A DNA stretch of 64,000 bases, taken from NCBI RefSeq assembly GCF_013315695.1, contig NZ_CP054353.1. The stretch is one strand, 5' to 3'. The notes beneath the pieces were generated by a model that made no database searches, was not told where the DNA came from, and worked only from the letters and a program-made list of their open reading frames with translations. This document shows, one piece after another, positions 36,652 to 49,866 of this stretch. The position numbers were made by a program, and so were the translations under genes. The stretch comes from Escherichia coli. GTDB lineage: Bacteria; Pseudomonadota; Gammaproteobacteria; Enterobacterales; Enterobacteriaceae. Numbering within the stretch: position 1 is the first letter of the stretch; the number at the start of each line of letters is the position of its first letter.

Positions 36652-39507
36652 TTACAGCGCGGCGATAACAGCCTGCTGTTCAATCAGCTTAGCTTTCGCT
36701 TCTGCATAGCCTTCCAGCTTCTCACGCTCTTTCGCGATGACCGCTTCCGGTGCGCGGGCGACAAAGCCTTCATTCGCCAGCTTGTTCTCGATACGGCTGA
36801 TTTCGCCTTCGATCTTCGCCACTTCTTTCGCCAGACGCGCCAGCTCATCTTCTTTGTTGATGAGGCCAGCCATCGGGATCAGCAGCTCTGCGCCGTCGAT
36901 GATCTTCGTAACGGAAACCGGACCTTTGTCATCGGCAGGCAGCACGGTGATGCTTTCCAGACGCGCCAGGGTTTGCAGGAAGCCACGGTTTTCATTTACG
37001 CGACGTTCTGCATCCGCGCTGCAACCACGCAGCAGCAGCTCCAGCGGTTTGCCCGGCGCGATATTCATTTCTGCACGGATGTTACGTACGGCAACGATCG
37101 CCTGTTTCAGCCACTCGGTGTCGGCCAGCGCCGCTTCATCAACCTGAGACGCATCATACTGCGGGAACGGCTGCAGCATGATGGTGTCGGCAGTGATACC
37201 GCAAAGTACTTTCACACGCTGCCAGATGGTTTCGGTGATGAACGGAATGATCGGATGCGCGAGGCGCAGCAGACCTTCCAGTACAGTCACCAGCGTATGG
37301 CGAGTACCGCGCAGTTCGGCGTCTGTTCCACCGTTCATTACCGGCTTGGTCAGCTCCAGATACCAGTCGCAGAACTGGTTCCAGGTGAACTCATACAGAA
37401 TGCCTGCGGCGATATCGAAGCGGAAGCTGTCCAGCGCTTCGCGGTACGCTTTGATGGTCTGGTTGAACTCCGCCAGAATCCAGCGATCCGCCAGCGACAG
37501 CGTCATTTCACCGCCGTTAAAGCCGCAATCCTGACCTTCTGTGTTCATCAGCACAAAGCGGCTGGCGTTCCACAGCTTGTTACAGAAGTTACGGTAACCT
37601 TCCAGGCGCTTCATATCCCAGTTGATGTCACGACCGGTAGAAGCCAGTGCCGCCAGGGTGAAACGCAGCGCGTCAGTACCGTGCGGCTCAATACCGTTCG
37701 GGAACTGCTTCTCGGTGCGCTTACGGATTTTGTCCGCCAGCTGCGGCTGCATCATATTGCCGGTACGTTTCTCCAGCAGTTCCGGCAGCGAAATACCGTC
37801 AACCATATCCAGCGGGTCAATAACGTTACCCTTGGATTTGGACATCTTCTGACCTTCGTCATCACGAATCAGACCAGTCATGTAAACGGTGTGGAACGGC
37901 ACCTGCGGTTTGCCATTTTCATCTTTGATGAAGTGCATGGTCATCATGATCATGCGGGCAATCCAGAAGAAGATGATGTCGAAGCCGGATACCATCACGC
38001 TGGTTGGGTGGAACTGACGCAGGGCGTCGGTGTTTTCCGGCCAGCCAAGGGTAGAGAAGGTCCACAGCGCAGAAGAGAACCAGGTGTCGAGAACGTCTTC
38101 GTCCTGACGTAGAGCAACGTCGGCACCGAGGTTATTTTCTTTACGCACTTCATCTTCGTTGCGGCCAACATAAACGTTACCCGCTTCGTCGTACCATGCC
38201 GGGATACGGTGACCCCACCACAGCTGACGAGAGATACACCAGTCCTGAATATCGCGCATCCAGGAGAAGTACATGTTTTCGTACTGCTTCGGTACGAACT
38301 GAATGTCGCCGTTCTCAACCGCTTCAACCGCCGGTTTCGCCAGTACATCGGCACGCACGTACCACTGGTCGGTCAGCATTGGTTCGATAACTACGCCGCC
38401 ACGGTCGCCGTAAGGAACGGTCAGGTCGTGCGGTTTAATTTCTTCCAGCAGGCCGAGTGCGTCAACCGCAGCAACGACCGCTTTACGTGCAGCAAAACGC
38501 TCGAGTTTCTGGAACTCTGCCGGGATTTCGCTGGAATAAACGTCAGATTCGTTACCTTTGGTATCGAACACCTGGGCGCTTTCACGGATATCGCCGTCAA
38601 AGGTCAGGATGTTGATCATCGGCAGCGCGTGACGTTTACCCACTTCATAGTCGTTAAAGTCGTGCGCCGGAGTGATTTTCACGCAGCCGGTGCCTTTTTC
38701 CATGTCGGCGTGTTCGTCGCCAACGATCGGAATACGACGGTTAACCAGCGGCAGAATGACATATTTGCCAATCAGATCTTTGTAACGCGGATCTTCCGGG
38801 TTAACGGCTACGCCAGTATCGCCCAGCAGGGTTTCCGGACGGGTAGTCGCGACCACCAGATAATCTTTACCGTCTGCGGTTTTCGCACCGTCAGCCAGCG
38901 GATAGCGGATGTGCCACATCGAACCTTTCGATTCGCGGTTTTCCACTTCCAGGTCAGAGATAGCGGTGCGCAGTTTCGGGTCCCAGTTTACCAGGCGTTT
39001 GCCACGGTAAATCAGGTCTTCTTTATATAGACGAACGAAAACTTCTTTCACCGCATTGGACAGGCCTTCGTCCATCGTGAAGCGTTCACGCTCCCAGTCG
39101 ACGGAGTTGCCGAGACGGCGCATCTGACGGGTAATGGTGCCGCCGGACTCCGCTTTCCATTCCCAGATTTTGTCGATGAAAGCTTCGCGGCCGTAGTCGT
39201 GACGGGTTTTACCTTCTTCTGCGGCAATCTTGCGCTCAACGACCATCTGGGTAGCGATCCCAGCGTGGTCAGTACCGACCTGCCACAGGGTGTTTTTGCC
39301 CTGCATGCGCTGATAGCGGATCATGGTATCCATGATGGTTTGCTGGAAGGCGTGACCCATATGCAAACTGCCGGTGACGTTCGGCGGCGGGATCATGATG
39401 CAGAAACTCTCCTGGCTTTCATCGCCATTAGGCTTAAAGTAGCCCTGCTTTTCCCAGTGCTCGTAAAGCGGCTGTTCGATATCTTGTGGGTTATATGTCT
39501 TTTCCAT
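36652..39507 (-). CDS. valS: Valine--tRNA ligase (951 aa)
   Basis: Class I synthetase HIGH ([12 protein letters not shown]) and KMSKS motifs; C-terminal coiled coil. Confidence 0.98.
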   Translation of the reverse strand: MEKTYNPQDIEQPLYEHWEKQGYFKPNGDESQESFCIMIPPPNVTGSLHMGHAFQQTIMDTMIRYQRMQGKNTLWQVGTDHAGIATQMVVERKIAAEEGKTRHDYGREAFIDKIWEWKAESGGTITRQMRRLGNSVDWERERFTMDEGLSNAVKEVFVRLYKEDLIYRGKRLVNWDPKLRTAISDLEVENRESKGSMWHIRYPLADGAKTADGKDYLVVATTRPETLLGDTGVAVNPEDPRYKDLIGKYVILPLVNRRIPIVGDEHADMEKGTGCVKITPAHDFNDYEVGKRHALPMINILTFDGDIRESAQVFDTKGNESDVYSSEIPAEFQKLERFAARKAVVAAVDALGLLEEIKPHDLTVPYGDRGGVVIEPMLTDQWYVRADVLAKPAVEAVENGDIQFVPKQYENMYFSWMRDIQDWCISRQLWWGHRIPAWYDEAGNVYVGRNEDEVRKENNLGADVALRQDEDVLDTWFSSALWTFSTLGWPENTDALRQFHPTSVMVSGFDIIFFWIARMIMMTMHFIKDENGKPQVPFHTVYMTGLIRDDEGQKMSKSKGNVIDPLDMVDGISLPELLEKRTGNMMQPQLADKIRKRTEKQFPNGIEPHGTDALRFTLAALASTGRDINWDMKRLEGYRNFCNKLWNASRFVLMNTEGQDCGFNGGEMTLSLADRWILAEFNQTIKAYREALDSFRFDIAAGILYEFTWNQFCDWYLELTKPVMNGGTDAELRGTRHTLVTVLEGLLRLAHPIIPFITETIWQRVKVLCGITADTIMLQPFPQYDASQVDEAALADTEWLKQAIVAVRNIRAEMNIAPGKPLELLLRGCSADAERRVNENRGFLQTLARLESITVLPADDKGPVSVTKIIDGAELLIPMAGLINKEDELARLAKEVAKIEGEISRIENKLANEGFVARAPEAVIAKEREKLEGYAEAKAKLIEQQAVIAAL

Positions 39508-39950
39508 TATTTCCAGGTTGCCGTATTCAGGTTGAAACCAGCCACGCGGTAGGCTTTATAGCGTTCGCGCGCCAGTTGTTTCAGAGAATCTTCATAAGGA
39601 ACGAAGTCTACCACTTCTGTGAAAGCGGTGGCAAAATCTGCAAAGCTTGTTCGCAGACTAATCAATATATCGTGCGGGCTGCTGCTGCGTTTTTGCGGCC
39701 AGGCGATCTCCACCGGCGCACCGCCGCGCGGTCCTTCTCCCGCTAAATTATGCGGAACAAAGCTTTCTGCCGGACGCGCCCATAGGGCTTCATCCAGCCG
39801 GTAAGCCTGCTTTTCATCTTCACAGGCGATGAGCACGCGCTTACCGCTGCGCCAACGTTCTGCGGCAATTTCACACACCAGTTGCTCAACGGCGCTTAAG
39901 CCATCGACGGTGGTGTCATTGTCCAGAAGGTAGAACGTCGCGTTTTTCAT
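39507..39950 (-). CDS. holC: DNA polymerase III chi subunit (147 aa)
   Basis: Sequence [46 protein letters not shown] recognised; upstream of valS. Confidence 0.95.
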   Translation of the reverse strand: MKNATFYLLDNDTTVDGLSAVEQLVCEIAAERWRSGKRVLIACEDEKQAYRLDEALWARPAESFVPHNLAGEGPRGGAPVEIAWPQKRSSSPHDILISLRTSFADFATAFTEVVDFVPYEDSLKQLARERYKAYRVAGFNLNTATWK

Positions 39951-40002
39951 AAATGGGGCTTCTTGTGGTGGATTTAAATACGCATCAGGTATACACCGCA
40001 GC

Positions 40003-41818
<1,816 letters not shown>

Positions 41819-42081
41819 CTACGCTCCTGAATCTTAAAGACAACGGCGGTGGCTACAGATAGAATTGCAAGCTTTCGTAACTCATGTCCGCTGTTGCGAT
41901 GACTTCGTGTTAATCTTAACGTTATTACGGCATTGGCACGTCAGAACAAAATCTGAGAGGTGAATCCGTTGAGTATAATTATCTTAGCGACGATTTCGAC
42001 GACTCAAGAGAATAAATGACGTTTAAGCCATGAAACAAGCTAAAATCCTGCAAAAGACGAGTTTTTACGGGCGTATTTAAA

Positions 42082-43182
42082 GTGATAATCATAAGATATC
42101 TGGTGCGGGAGACGCTCAAAAGCCAGCTGGCGATACTCTTCATCTTGCTTTTGATCTTCTTCTGTCAAAAGTTAGTGAGGATCCTCGGCGCAGCGGTTGA
42201 CGGCGATATTCCGGCGAATCTGGTGCTCTCCCTTCTCGGGTTGGGCGTGCCGGAAATGGCGCAGCTTATCCTGCCATTAAGCCTGTTCCTCGGGCTGCTG
42301 ATGACGCTGGGCAAACTGTATACCGAAAGTGAAATTACGGTAATGCATGCCTGCGGCCTGAGCAAAGCGGTTCTGGTGAAAGCGGCAATGATCCTTGCGG
42401 TATTCACGGCAATCGTCGCGGCGATTAACGTGATGTGGGCGGGACCGTGGTCATCGCGTCATCAGGATGAAGTGTTAGCAGAAGCGAAAGCGAACCCTGG
42501 CATGGCGGCGCTGGCGCAAGGGCAATTCCAGCAAGCGACTAATGGCAGTTCGGTGCTGTTCATCGAAAGCGTTGACGGCAGCGATTTCAAAGATGTGTTC
42601 CTCGCGCAAATTCGACCAAAAGGTAATGCACGTCCTTCTGTGGTGGTGGCCGATTCCGGACATTTAACCCAGCTGCGCGACGGCTCCCAGGTCGTCACTC
42701 TCAACCAGGGAACGCGCTTCGAAGGCACTGCACTGTTACGTGATTTCCGCATTACGGATTTCCAGGATTATCAGGCGATCATTGGTCACCAGGCGGTGGC
42801 GCTCGACCCGAACGATACCGACCAGATGGACATGCGCACATTGTGGAACACTGACACCGATCGTGCTCGCGCAGAACTGAACTGGCGTATCACGTTGGTA
42901 TTCACCGTGTTTATGATGGCACTTATGGTCGTACCGCTGAGCGTGGTTAACCCACGTCAGGGACGCGTACTGTCGATGCTGCCAGCCATGCTGCTGTATC
43001 TACTTTTCTTCCTGATCCAGACCTCCCTGAAATCGAACGGCGGTAAAGGTAAGCTGGACCCGACGCTGTGGATGTGGACCGTTAACCTGATTTATCTGGC
43101 TTTGGCGATTGTTCTCAACCTTTGGGACACCGTGCCGGTCCGCCGCCTGCGCGCCAGTTTTTCGCGTAAAGGAGCGGTGTGA
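42082..43182 (+). CDS. lptF: LPS export ABC transporter permease LptF (366 aa, GTG start)
   Basis: Starts (V)IIIRYLVRETLKSQ; divergent from pepA. Confidence 0.95.
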   Translation: MIIIRYLVRETLKSQLAILFILLLIFFCQKLVRILGAAVDGDIPANLVLSLLGLGVPEMAQLILPLSLFLGLLMTLGKLYTESEITVMHACGLSKAVLVKAAMILAVFTAIVAAINVMWAGPWSSRHQDEVLAEAKANPGMAALAQGQFQQATNGSSVLFIESVDGSDFKDVFLAQIRPKGNARPSVVVADSGHLTQLRDGSQVVTLNQGTRFEGTALLRDFRITDFQDYQAIIGHQAVALDPNDTDQMDMRTLWNTDTDRARAELNWRITLVFTVFMMALMVVPLSVVNPRQGRVLSMLPAMLLYLLFFLIQTSLKSNGGKGKLDPTLWMWTVNLIYLALAIVLNLWDTVPVRRLRASFSRKGAV

Positions 43183-44264
43183 TGCAACCTTTTGGCGTAC
43201 TTGACCGCTATATCGGTAAAACTATTTTCACCACCATCATGATGACGCTGTTCATGCTGGTGTCGCTGTCGGGCATTATCAAGTTTGTCGATCAGCTGAA
43301 AAAAGCCGGGCAGGGGAGTTACGACGCGTTAGGCGCAGGAATGTATACCTTGCTGAGCGTGCCGAAAGATGTGCAGATCTTCTTCCCGATGGCGGCTCTG
43401 CTTGGGGCGTTGCTTGGTCTTGGGATGCTGGCGCAGCGCAGCGAACTGGTGGTGATGCAGGCTTCTGGTTTTACCCGTATGCAGGTGGCGCTGTCGGTGA
43501 TGAAAACCGCCATTCCGCTGGTCTTACTGACGATGGCGATTGGCGAATGGGTCGCGCCGCAGGGCGAGCAGATGGCGCGTAACTACCGTGCGCAGGCGAT
43601 GTACGGCGGCTCGTTGCTCTCTACCCAGCAAGGCTTATGGGCGAAAGATGGCAACAACTTCGTCTACATTGAGCGGGTTAAAGGTGACGAAGAGTTAGGT
43701 GGCATCAGCATTTATGCCTTTAACGAGAATCGTCGTCTGCAATCCGTACGCTATGCCGCTACTGCGAAGTTTGACCCGGAACATAAAGTCTGGCGTCTGT
43801 CGCAGGTTGATGAATCTGATCTGACCAATCCGAAACAGATTACCGGTTCGCAGACGGTGAGCGGCACCTGGAAAACCAACCTCACGCCTGACAAACTGGG
43901 CGTGGTGGCGCTGGACCCGGATGCACTCTCTATCAGCGGTTTGCACAACTATGTGAAGTATCTGAAGTCGAGCGGTCAGGATGCCGGACGTTATCAGCTC
44001 AACATGTGGAGCAAAATCTTCCAGCCGCTATCTGTGGCGGTGATGATGCTGATGGCGCTGTCGTTCATCTTTGGCCCACTGCGTAGCGTACCGATGGGCG
44101 TGCGTGTGGTCACCGGTATCAGTTTCGGTTTTGTCTTCTACGTACTGGACCAGATCTTCGGCCCGCTGACGTTGGTTTATGGCATCCCGCCGATCATCGG
44201 CGCACTGTTGCCAAGCGCCAGCTTCTTCTTAATCAGCCTGTGGCTGTTAATGAGAAAATCGTAA
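43182..44264 (+). CDS. lptG: LPS export ABC transporter permease LptG (360 aa)
   Basis: Starts MQPFGVLDRYIGKTI; 1-nt overlap with lptF stop (TGATG). Confidence 0.95.
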   Translation: MQPFGVLDRYIGKTIFTTIMMTLFMLVSLSGIIKFVDQLKKAGQGSYDALGAGMYTLLSVPKDVQIFFPMAALLGALLGLGMLAQRSELVVMQASGFTRMQVALSVMKTAIPLVLLTMAIGEWVAPQGEQMARNYRAQAMYGGSLLSTQQGLWAKDGNNFVYIERVKGDEELGGISIYAFNENRRLQSVRYAATAKFDPEHKVWRLSQVDESDLTNPKQITGSQTVSGTWKTNLTPDKLGVVALDPDALSISGLHNYVKYLKSSGQDAGRYQLNMWSKIFQPLSVAVMMLMALSFIFGPLRSVPMGVRVVTGISFGFVFYVLDQIFGPLTLVYGIPPIIGALLPSASFFLISLWLLMRKS

Positions 44265-44278
44265 CCGAATGAACGAAT

Positions 44279-44308
44279 AAAGGGAGCGAAAGCTCCCTTT
44301 ATTATTGT
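44279..44308 (+). terminator. Intrinsic terminator after lptG
   Basis: Hairpin aaagggagc-gaaa-gctcccttt followed by attattgtt. Confidence 0.75.
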
Positions 44309-44398
44309 TAGCAAAGTGTGCTTCGTTCATTCCTGAAAAATAATTAAAATTCAATATATTGCAGTGGGGTGGGCATGATAAGACGCGCCAGCGTCGCA

Positions 44399-45928
44399 TC
44401 AGGCAAAGACAAATCTCGCCTGACTTACCTTCTTCTCCCCCCCCAGCAAACTCCCCAACATCCCGCGTACAATCTGATTCGTCACCTGGCGAGCGGCGCT
44501 TTTGGCCATTGTTTGCACCACACCATCTTTCTTCCCGCCGCGTGGTCCGGTAGTGCCGAACAAAATATCCTTCAATCCACCAAGAATGCCGTCATCCACC
44601 GCTACCTCTTTCCCTTTCGCGGGGGGATTATTTTGCTGCTCGGTACTGGCCTGAAAGCCTTTTTGCAACATCTCATAGGCGGATTCCCGGTCCACCTCAT
44701 CCTCATATTTGCCATACACCGGAGAGTGATTAATCAAGCCATTACGCTCATCTTCCGTCACCGGTCCCATCCGCGAACAAGGCGCAATCACCATCGCCCG
44801 TTCCACCACAGAAGGGCTTCCTTTCGCATCCAGAAAAGAGATCAACGCCTCGCCGGTGCCCAGTTTCTGAATCGCCTTTTCGGTATCAAATGCCGGATTG
44901 ACCCGCATGGTTTGCGCCGCAGCTTTTACCGCTTTCTGATCTTTGGGCGTAAAAGTCCGCAAAGCGTGTTGAACGCGATTACCGAGCTGGCCGAGCACGT
45001 TATCCGGAATATCGGACGGATTTTGCGAAACGAACCAGACGCCCACGCCTTTTGAGCGAATAAGCCTTATCACCTGCTCAATCTTATCCAGCAGTACCTG
45101 CGGTGCATCGTTAAACAGCAGATGTGCCTCGTCGAAGAAAAACACCAGTTTTGGTTTCTCCAGATCGCCCGCTTCCGGCAATTGTTCATACAACTCCGAG
45201 AGCATCCACAACAGGCTGGCGGCATACAGTTTCGGCATCTGATAAAGCTTCTCGGCGCTGAGGATATTGATAACGCCTTTACCGTTGGCATCGGTGCGCA
45301 TCCAGTCTTTGATATCCAGCATCGGCTCACCAAAGAAGTGTGCTGCGCCTTGCTGTTCCAGCGACAACAGCCCGCGCTGGATGGCACCAACCGATGCGCT
45401 ACTGATATTTCCGTACTGATTCTGGAAAGATTTGGCGTTATCGCCGATGTATTGGGTAATCGCCCGCAAATCTTTAAAGTCGAGCAGTAACAGCCCCTGA
45501 TCGTCAGCAATGCGGAAGATGATATTCAGCACGCCAGATTGCACATCGTTGAGATTCAACAGCCGCGCCAGCAACAGCGGCCCCAGATCCGAAACCGTCG
45601 CCCGCACCGGATGGCCTTTCTCGCCAAAGATATCCCACACCACCACCGGATTGGCATGCGGTTGCCAGTCATTGACGCCGATATTTTTAAGCCTTGTGAG
45701 CAGTTTTTCCGACGCCGTTCCTGCCTGCGCGATACCGGTCAGATCGCCTTTCACATCAGCCATAAACACCGGCACGCCGATTTCCGACAATGACTCTGCC
45801 AGTTTTTGCAGCGTAACGGTTTTACCCGTCCCCGTTGCGCCAGTAATCAGCCCGTGACGGTTAGCCATTCCCGGCAGTAAAAACAGTTCTGTGTCCGGCG
45901 TGCGGGCAATTAACAGGGGTTCGCTCAT
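44399..45928 (-). CDS. yjgR: Uncharacterised ATPase YjgR (DUF853), about 509 aa
   Basis: Walker A (GATGTGKT) and Walker B (FFFDEAH); start at [11 protein letters not shown] is uncertain. Confidence 0.85.
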   Translation of the reverse strand: MSEPLLIARTPDTELFLLPGMANRHGLITGATGTGKTVTLQKLAESLSEIGVPVFMADVKGDLTGIAQAGTASEKLLTRLKNIGVNDWQPHANPVVVWDIFGEKGHPVRATVSDLGPLLLARLLNLNDVQSGVLNIIFRIADDQGLLLLDFKDLRAITQYIGDNAKSFQNQYGNISSASVGAIQRGLLSLEQQGAAHFFGEPMLDIKDWMRTDANGKGVINILSAEKLYQMPKLYAASLLWMLSELYEQLPEAGDLEKPKLVFFFDEAHLLFNDAPQVLLDKIEQVIRLIRSKGVGVWFVSQNPSDIPDNVLGQLGNRVQHALRTFTPKDQKAVKAAAQTMRVNPAFDTEKAIQKLGTGEALISFLDAKGSPSVVERAMVIAPCSRMGPVTEDERNGLINHSPVYGKYEDEVDRESAYEMLQKGFQASTEQQNNPPAKGKEVAVDDGILGGLKDILFGTTGPRGGKKDGVVQTMAKSAARQVTNQIVRGMLGSLLGGEKKVSQARFVFA

Positions 45929-46055
45929 GAGATTTCCTCCAGTTCCTGCCTGGAGTATAGGCAACGGCTGTGCACTCTTCACCGCTAAATTCAGCAGATT
46001 GCGAGACGCCTTCCAAAGAGATTTAAGTGCCGGGCGACAGCACCCGGCAAAGGGA

Positions 46056-47075
46056 TCAGAAGTCAGCTTTCAGGACTACTCGGTAGCGAGCTTTACCATC
46101 GCGTACATGCTGAATGGCGTCGTTAATTTTCGACATCGGGAACAGTTCGGTTGTCGGCGCAACCTTGCTGCGGGCGGCAAAGCGCATCAGCTTTCGCAGC
46201 TCATAAGGCGTGCCGGTAGCAGAACCAGAGATGCTGCGGTCGCCCGCAATTAACGTAAAGGCCGGAACAGACAGCGGCGTGAGAACCGCACCGACCGTAT
46301 GGAAATTACCGCCATAGGTCAGCGCCTCAAAATAAGGCTGCCAGTCGAGGCTGACGTTCACAGTATTGATAATGAGATCAAACTGCCCCGACAGGGCTTT
46401 CAGTGCCTGCGGATCGCGGCTATTCACCACTTTATCGGTACCCATCGCCAGTACTTCCTGCTCTTTCGCCGGATTAGAACTAAAGGCCGTCACCTCGCAT
46501 CCCATTGCGTGCAGAAGTTTTATAGCGATATGCCCCAGCCCGCCAATACCAATTACCCCAACGCGGCTGGTAGCAGTGATATGGTGCATCAACAGTGGTT
46601 TAAAGACCGTGATACCGCCGCACAACAGCGGCCCGGCGGACTCGATATCAATATTTTCTGGCAGTGGAATCACCCATTGCCAGTCCGCACGCAACTTCTC
46701 GGCAAAGCCACCGCGATTCATAATCGTCGGCACCGCACCTTGCTCGCAGTTGATCTGATTACCGCTAATACAGGCGTCGCAGTGACCACAGCTACGCGCC
46801 GTCCAGCCAATCCCGACACGCTGACCGACCTGCAAACCTTTATCCTGCGCGGCGCTCCCGAGTGCCACCACGCGCCCAATCACCTCATGCCCGGCAACCA
46901 GCGGATATTGTGAAAATCCCCATTCGTTATCGATCATCGACAGATCGGAATGACAAATCCCGCAGTAATCCACCTGCACTTCAACATCTTGTGGCTTCAG
47001 CTCACCGGGATCGTACTCATAAACTTCCAGTTCGCCGCCCGCTTCTTTTGCGGCATAGCTTTTTATCATCGACAT
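46056..47075 (-). CDS. ahr: NADPH-dependent aldehyde reductase Ahr (YjgB), Zn-dependent ADH family (339 aa)
   Basis: Zn-ligand motif GHEVIG, structural-Zn cysteines CGHCDAC, GIGGLG NADP motif; start at MSMIKSY. Confidence 0.95.
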   Translation of the reverse strand: MSMIKSYAAKEAGGELEVYEYDPGELKPQDVEVQVDYCGICHSDLSMIDNEWGFSQYPLVAGHEVIGRVVALGSAAQDKGLQVGQRVGIGWTARSCGHCDACISGNQINCEQGAVPTIMNRGGFAEKLRADWQWVIPLPENIDIESAGPLLCGGITVFKPLLMHHITATSRVGVIGIGGLGHIAIKLLHAMGCEVTAFSSNPAKEQEVLAMGTDKVVNSRDPQALKALSGQFDLIINTVNVSLDWQPYFEALTYGGNFHTVGAVLTPLSVPAFTLIAGDRSISGSATGTPYELRKLMRFAARSKVAPTTELFPMSKINDAIQHVRDGKARYRVVLKADF

Positions 47076-47213
47076 TTTTGGGTCCTTCTCTGGTGTTGTT
47101 TGGGAAGTGTAGAGCATGGCAGGGCGGGGTGCCTGGAGTGTGACAAAGGTTACATATCGCTGAGTGTAATGCTGAAAATTTCAGCACTTAGCGAGGTGGG
47201 TGCAAGCTGGCGC

Positions 47214-47241
47214 TTGCATGGTGGCGTGCGACAGGTATAAT
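47214..47241 (+). promoter_or_regulatory. Candidate sigma70 promoter for leuX
   Basis: TTGCAT (-35), 16-nt spacer, TATAAT (-10), about 30 nt upstream of the tRNA. Confidence 0.5.
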
Positions 47242-47270
47242 CCACAACGTTTTCCGCATACCTCTTCAGT

Positions 47271-47355
47271 GCCGAAGTGGCGAAATCGGTAGACGCAGTT
47301 GATTCAAAATCAACCGTAGAAATACGTGCCGGTTCGAGTCCGGCCTTCGGCACCA
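47271..47355 (+). tRNA. leuX: tRNA-Leu (anticodon CAA), 85 nt with long variable arm
   Basis: Sequence gccgaagtggcgaaatcggtagacgcagttgattCAAaatcaaccgtagaaatacgtgccggttcgagtccggccttcggcacca. Confidence 0.95.
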
Positions 47356-47889
47356 TCTACATTTTCCTCTTGAAAAACAAGCGATTAAGTAAATTATTTT
47401 ACCTTTTTTGCCTATCTAATCTTCACTGATTCTTTCCCGTATAAAAGCCACTGTGATTGTTAATGGCTTTGGTATGTTAGCACGCAGTGGCAAGTAGTTA
47501 CCAGGCTCAACCTTGTACTGCATACGCCAGTATGCCCCCCTTTGAAGCAGGAAGACGCGCCGCCGTCTCTAAACCTATGCCAAGCACTTTTAACCGTTCC
47601 ACACTTAGTTCGGCGTTCCGTTCAAGCCTGTCGTGGTGACTTACCACGAATAAACAAGCAAATTCGCGGTATGGTATTCGTTACGAGAGCGGTTAACTGA
47701 CAAGACTCCTGTGATACGCCTAAGGTGCTTAAATTGATGCGTCCAACATGGCACAAAAGGCGGTCTATCGTTTAATTTTGCTCCATACATCAACTGGCAT
47801 TGCCAGCTGTATGGGGCTTGGTCTGCTGGTTCCGATGAACGGATTAAATTGCTAAGATGCAGACCATAAGCCATAAGGCGGAGATAAGT

Positions 47890-49098
47890 ATGAAATCTGT
47901 AGAACTATTTGCCGGTGCTGGTGGCTTGGCTATGGGTTGCGAAATTGCTGGTTTTGAGCATCTTGCAGTCGTTGAATGGGATAAATGGGCCTGTGATACC
48001 GTTAGAGAGAACAAAAAGAATGGCTTTCCGCTGTTGTCTGATTGGGATCTTTTTGAGGGTGATGTAAGAGAATTTGATTGGTCGAAAATCCCTAAAGGGA
48101 TTGACCTTCTTGCGGGAGGGCCACCTTGCCAGCCATTTTCAATCGGTGGTAAGCACAAGGCTAATTCTGATTCGCGGGACATGTTTCCAGCGACAGCAGA
48201 AGCGATCAGGCAAATTCGCCCTAAGGCTTTCATCGTCGAGAATGTGAAAGGCTTAACACGGGCAACCTTTGCGAGCTATTTCCAGTACATCCAGTTACAG
48301 CTTGAGTTTCCAGAAGTAGCCCCGCGAAATGGCGAAGACTGGAGCGAGCATTTAAAACGCTTGCAGGAAGAAAAAACCAGTGGAAAGAACAAAGGGAGAG
48401 GGCTGACGTATAACGTTCTGGCTACGTTAGTCAATGCAGCAGACTACGGCATCCCACAAAAACGTGAGCGTGTCTTCATTGTTGGCTTCCGCGATGATCT
48501 TGAAATTGAGTGGTCGTTCCCTAAACCGACACACAGTTATGATGCACTCGTTTATGATCAGTGGGTTACTGGTGATTACTGGAAACGACATGGTTTAGAA
48601 ATGCCAACTGTTCCAAGCCAGATGGTTAACCGTATCGCAAAATTGCGTAAAAATCCTCCCGATACACTTCCGTGGAAAACTGTTCGAGATGCAATCGCGG
48701 ATTTGCCAGATCCTGAAACAAAGGCGGCAAAGATGATCCGGAATCATGCGTTCCAGGCGGGGGCACGAACTTATCCCGGTCATACCGGAAGCCCCTTAGA
48801 TCTGCCAGCTAAAACGCTCAAAGCAGGTGCTCATGGCGTTCCTGGGGGCGAGAACATGCTTGTTCGTGATGATGGCTCAGTACGCTATTTTACTGTGCGA
48901 GAAAGTGCCAGAATTCAAACATTTCCCGATAGTTATCGTTTTCACGGGAGTTGGACTGAAACTATGAGGCAGTTAGGTAACGCTGTGCCGGTTCATTTGG
49001 CGTATTGCGTTGCCAGCAGTGTAGCGGAAAAGCTGCTGACCTCTGAAATTGGGAACATCCTTAAGCAGGGTGGCAATTATAAAAGGGCTTCTGCATGA
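47890..49098 (+). CDS. DNA (cytosine-5)-methyltransferase, Type II R-M modification subunit (~402 aa)
   Basis: C5-MTase motifs I FAGAGG, IV PPCQPFS, VI ENV, VIII QKRERVFIVG, X GNAV; SD GGAG upstream of ATG 47890 (ORF track starts at 47857). Confidence 0.85.
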   Translation: MKSVELFAGAGGLAMGCEIAGFEHLAVVEWDKWACDTVRENKKNGFPLLSDWDLFEGDVREFDWSKIPKGIDLLAGGPPCQPFSIGGKHKANSDSRDMFPATAEAIRQIRPKAFIVENVKGLTRATFASYFQYIQLQLEFPEVAPRNGEDWSEHLKRLQEEKTSGKNKGRGLTYNVLATLVNAADYGIPQKRERVFIVGFRDDLEIEWSFPKPTHSYDALVYDQWVTGDYWKRHGLEMPTVPSQMVNRIAKLRKNPPDTLPWKTVRDAIADLPDPETKAAKMIRNHAFQAGARTYPGHTGSPLDLPAKTLKAGAHGVPGGENMLVRDDGSVRYFTVRESARIQTFPDSYRFHGSWTETMRQLGNAVPVHLAYCVASSVAEKLLTSEIGNILKQGGNYKRASA

Positions 49099-49745
49099 CA
49101 GGAAAGGTCATACCATTTAATCCACTTGATAAACAAAATTTAGGTGCCAGCGTTGCGGAAGCCTTATTGAGCAAAGATGCTCATCCTCTGGAGGAGTTAA
49201 CCTCATTTCAAGGAGCAGGGATTTACGCAATTTATTACACTGGCGATCATCCTGCTTATAGGCAACTGGCAGAACTGAATCGTGACGGGCAATTTCGATT
49301 GCCTATCTACGTGGGTAAGGCCGTCCCAGCAGGGGCGAGAATGGGGCTTACCAACCCTGATAAGGTTGGTAACGTTCTGTTTAGGCGCTTGAAAGAACAT
49401 GCAGAAAGTATTCGCGCAGCGGAAAATCTTTCGATTGAAGATTTTTATTGTCGATTTTTGGTTGTTGATGACATCTGGATCCCATTGGGAGAATCGCTGG
49501 TTATCTCTCGCTTTAAACCGATTTGGAATTCGTCTATTGATGGTTTCGGTAATCATGACCCAGGTAAGCATCGCTACACTGGTTTACGTCCTCGCTGGGA
49601 CTTTATGCACCCGGGGAGAGGATGGGCTCAAAATTTACGTGAGCGTGATGAAACTGTGGATGAACTCATTCGTGATTCTATACAGTATCTTCAGAATTTA
49701 CCGCCTTGCTTGGCTCAGAAATTTATCGAAGCTGAAGGCGATTAA
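49095..49745 (+). CDS. GIY-YIG-family restriction endonuclease, Eco29kI/Cfr42I-like (216 aa)
   Basis: GIY...YVG motif (GIYAIYYTGD...RLPIYVGKA); start overlaps the MTase stop (ATGA). Confidence 0.65.
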   Translation: MTGKVIPFNPLDKQNLGASVAEALLSKDAHPLEELTSFQGAGIYAIYYTGDHPAYRQLAELNRDGQFRLPIYVGKAVPAGARMGLTNPDKVGNVLFRRLKEHAESIRAAENLSIEDFYCRFLVVDDIWIPLGESLVISRFKPIWNSSIDGFGNHDPGKHRYTGLRPRWDFMHPGRGWAQNLRERDETVDELIRDSIQYLQNLPPCLAQKFIEAEGD

Positions 49746-49866
49746 TCAGCAAATGATCATCGGAGGCATCTGCCTCCGAATGTGATTAAGCCTTGGTTGA
49801 CAAAGTGGTTGCTTAAAACATTAAGCGTTAATTTTCTGGCCCTCTACCTTCTGACGTGCATAATTC

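Noticed and set aside
36973-38112. 379-aa ORF on the plus strand inside valS
   Set aside because: Antisense to valS (HIGH and KMSKS motifs present on the minus strand); spurious.
47844-48233. 129-aa minus-strand ORF overlapping the methyltransferase start, and 77-aa ORF 47641..47874, as a possible R-M controller (C) protein
   Set aside because: Antisense to or overlapping the MTase coding region, no HTH-like sequence, no ribosome-binding site.
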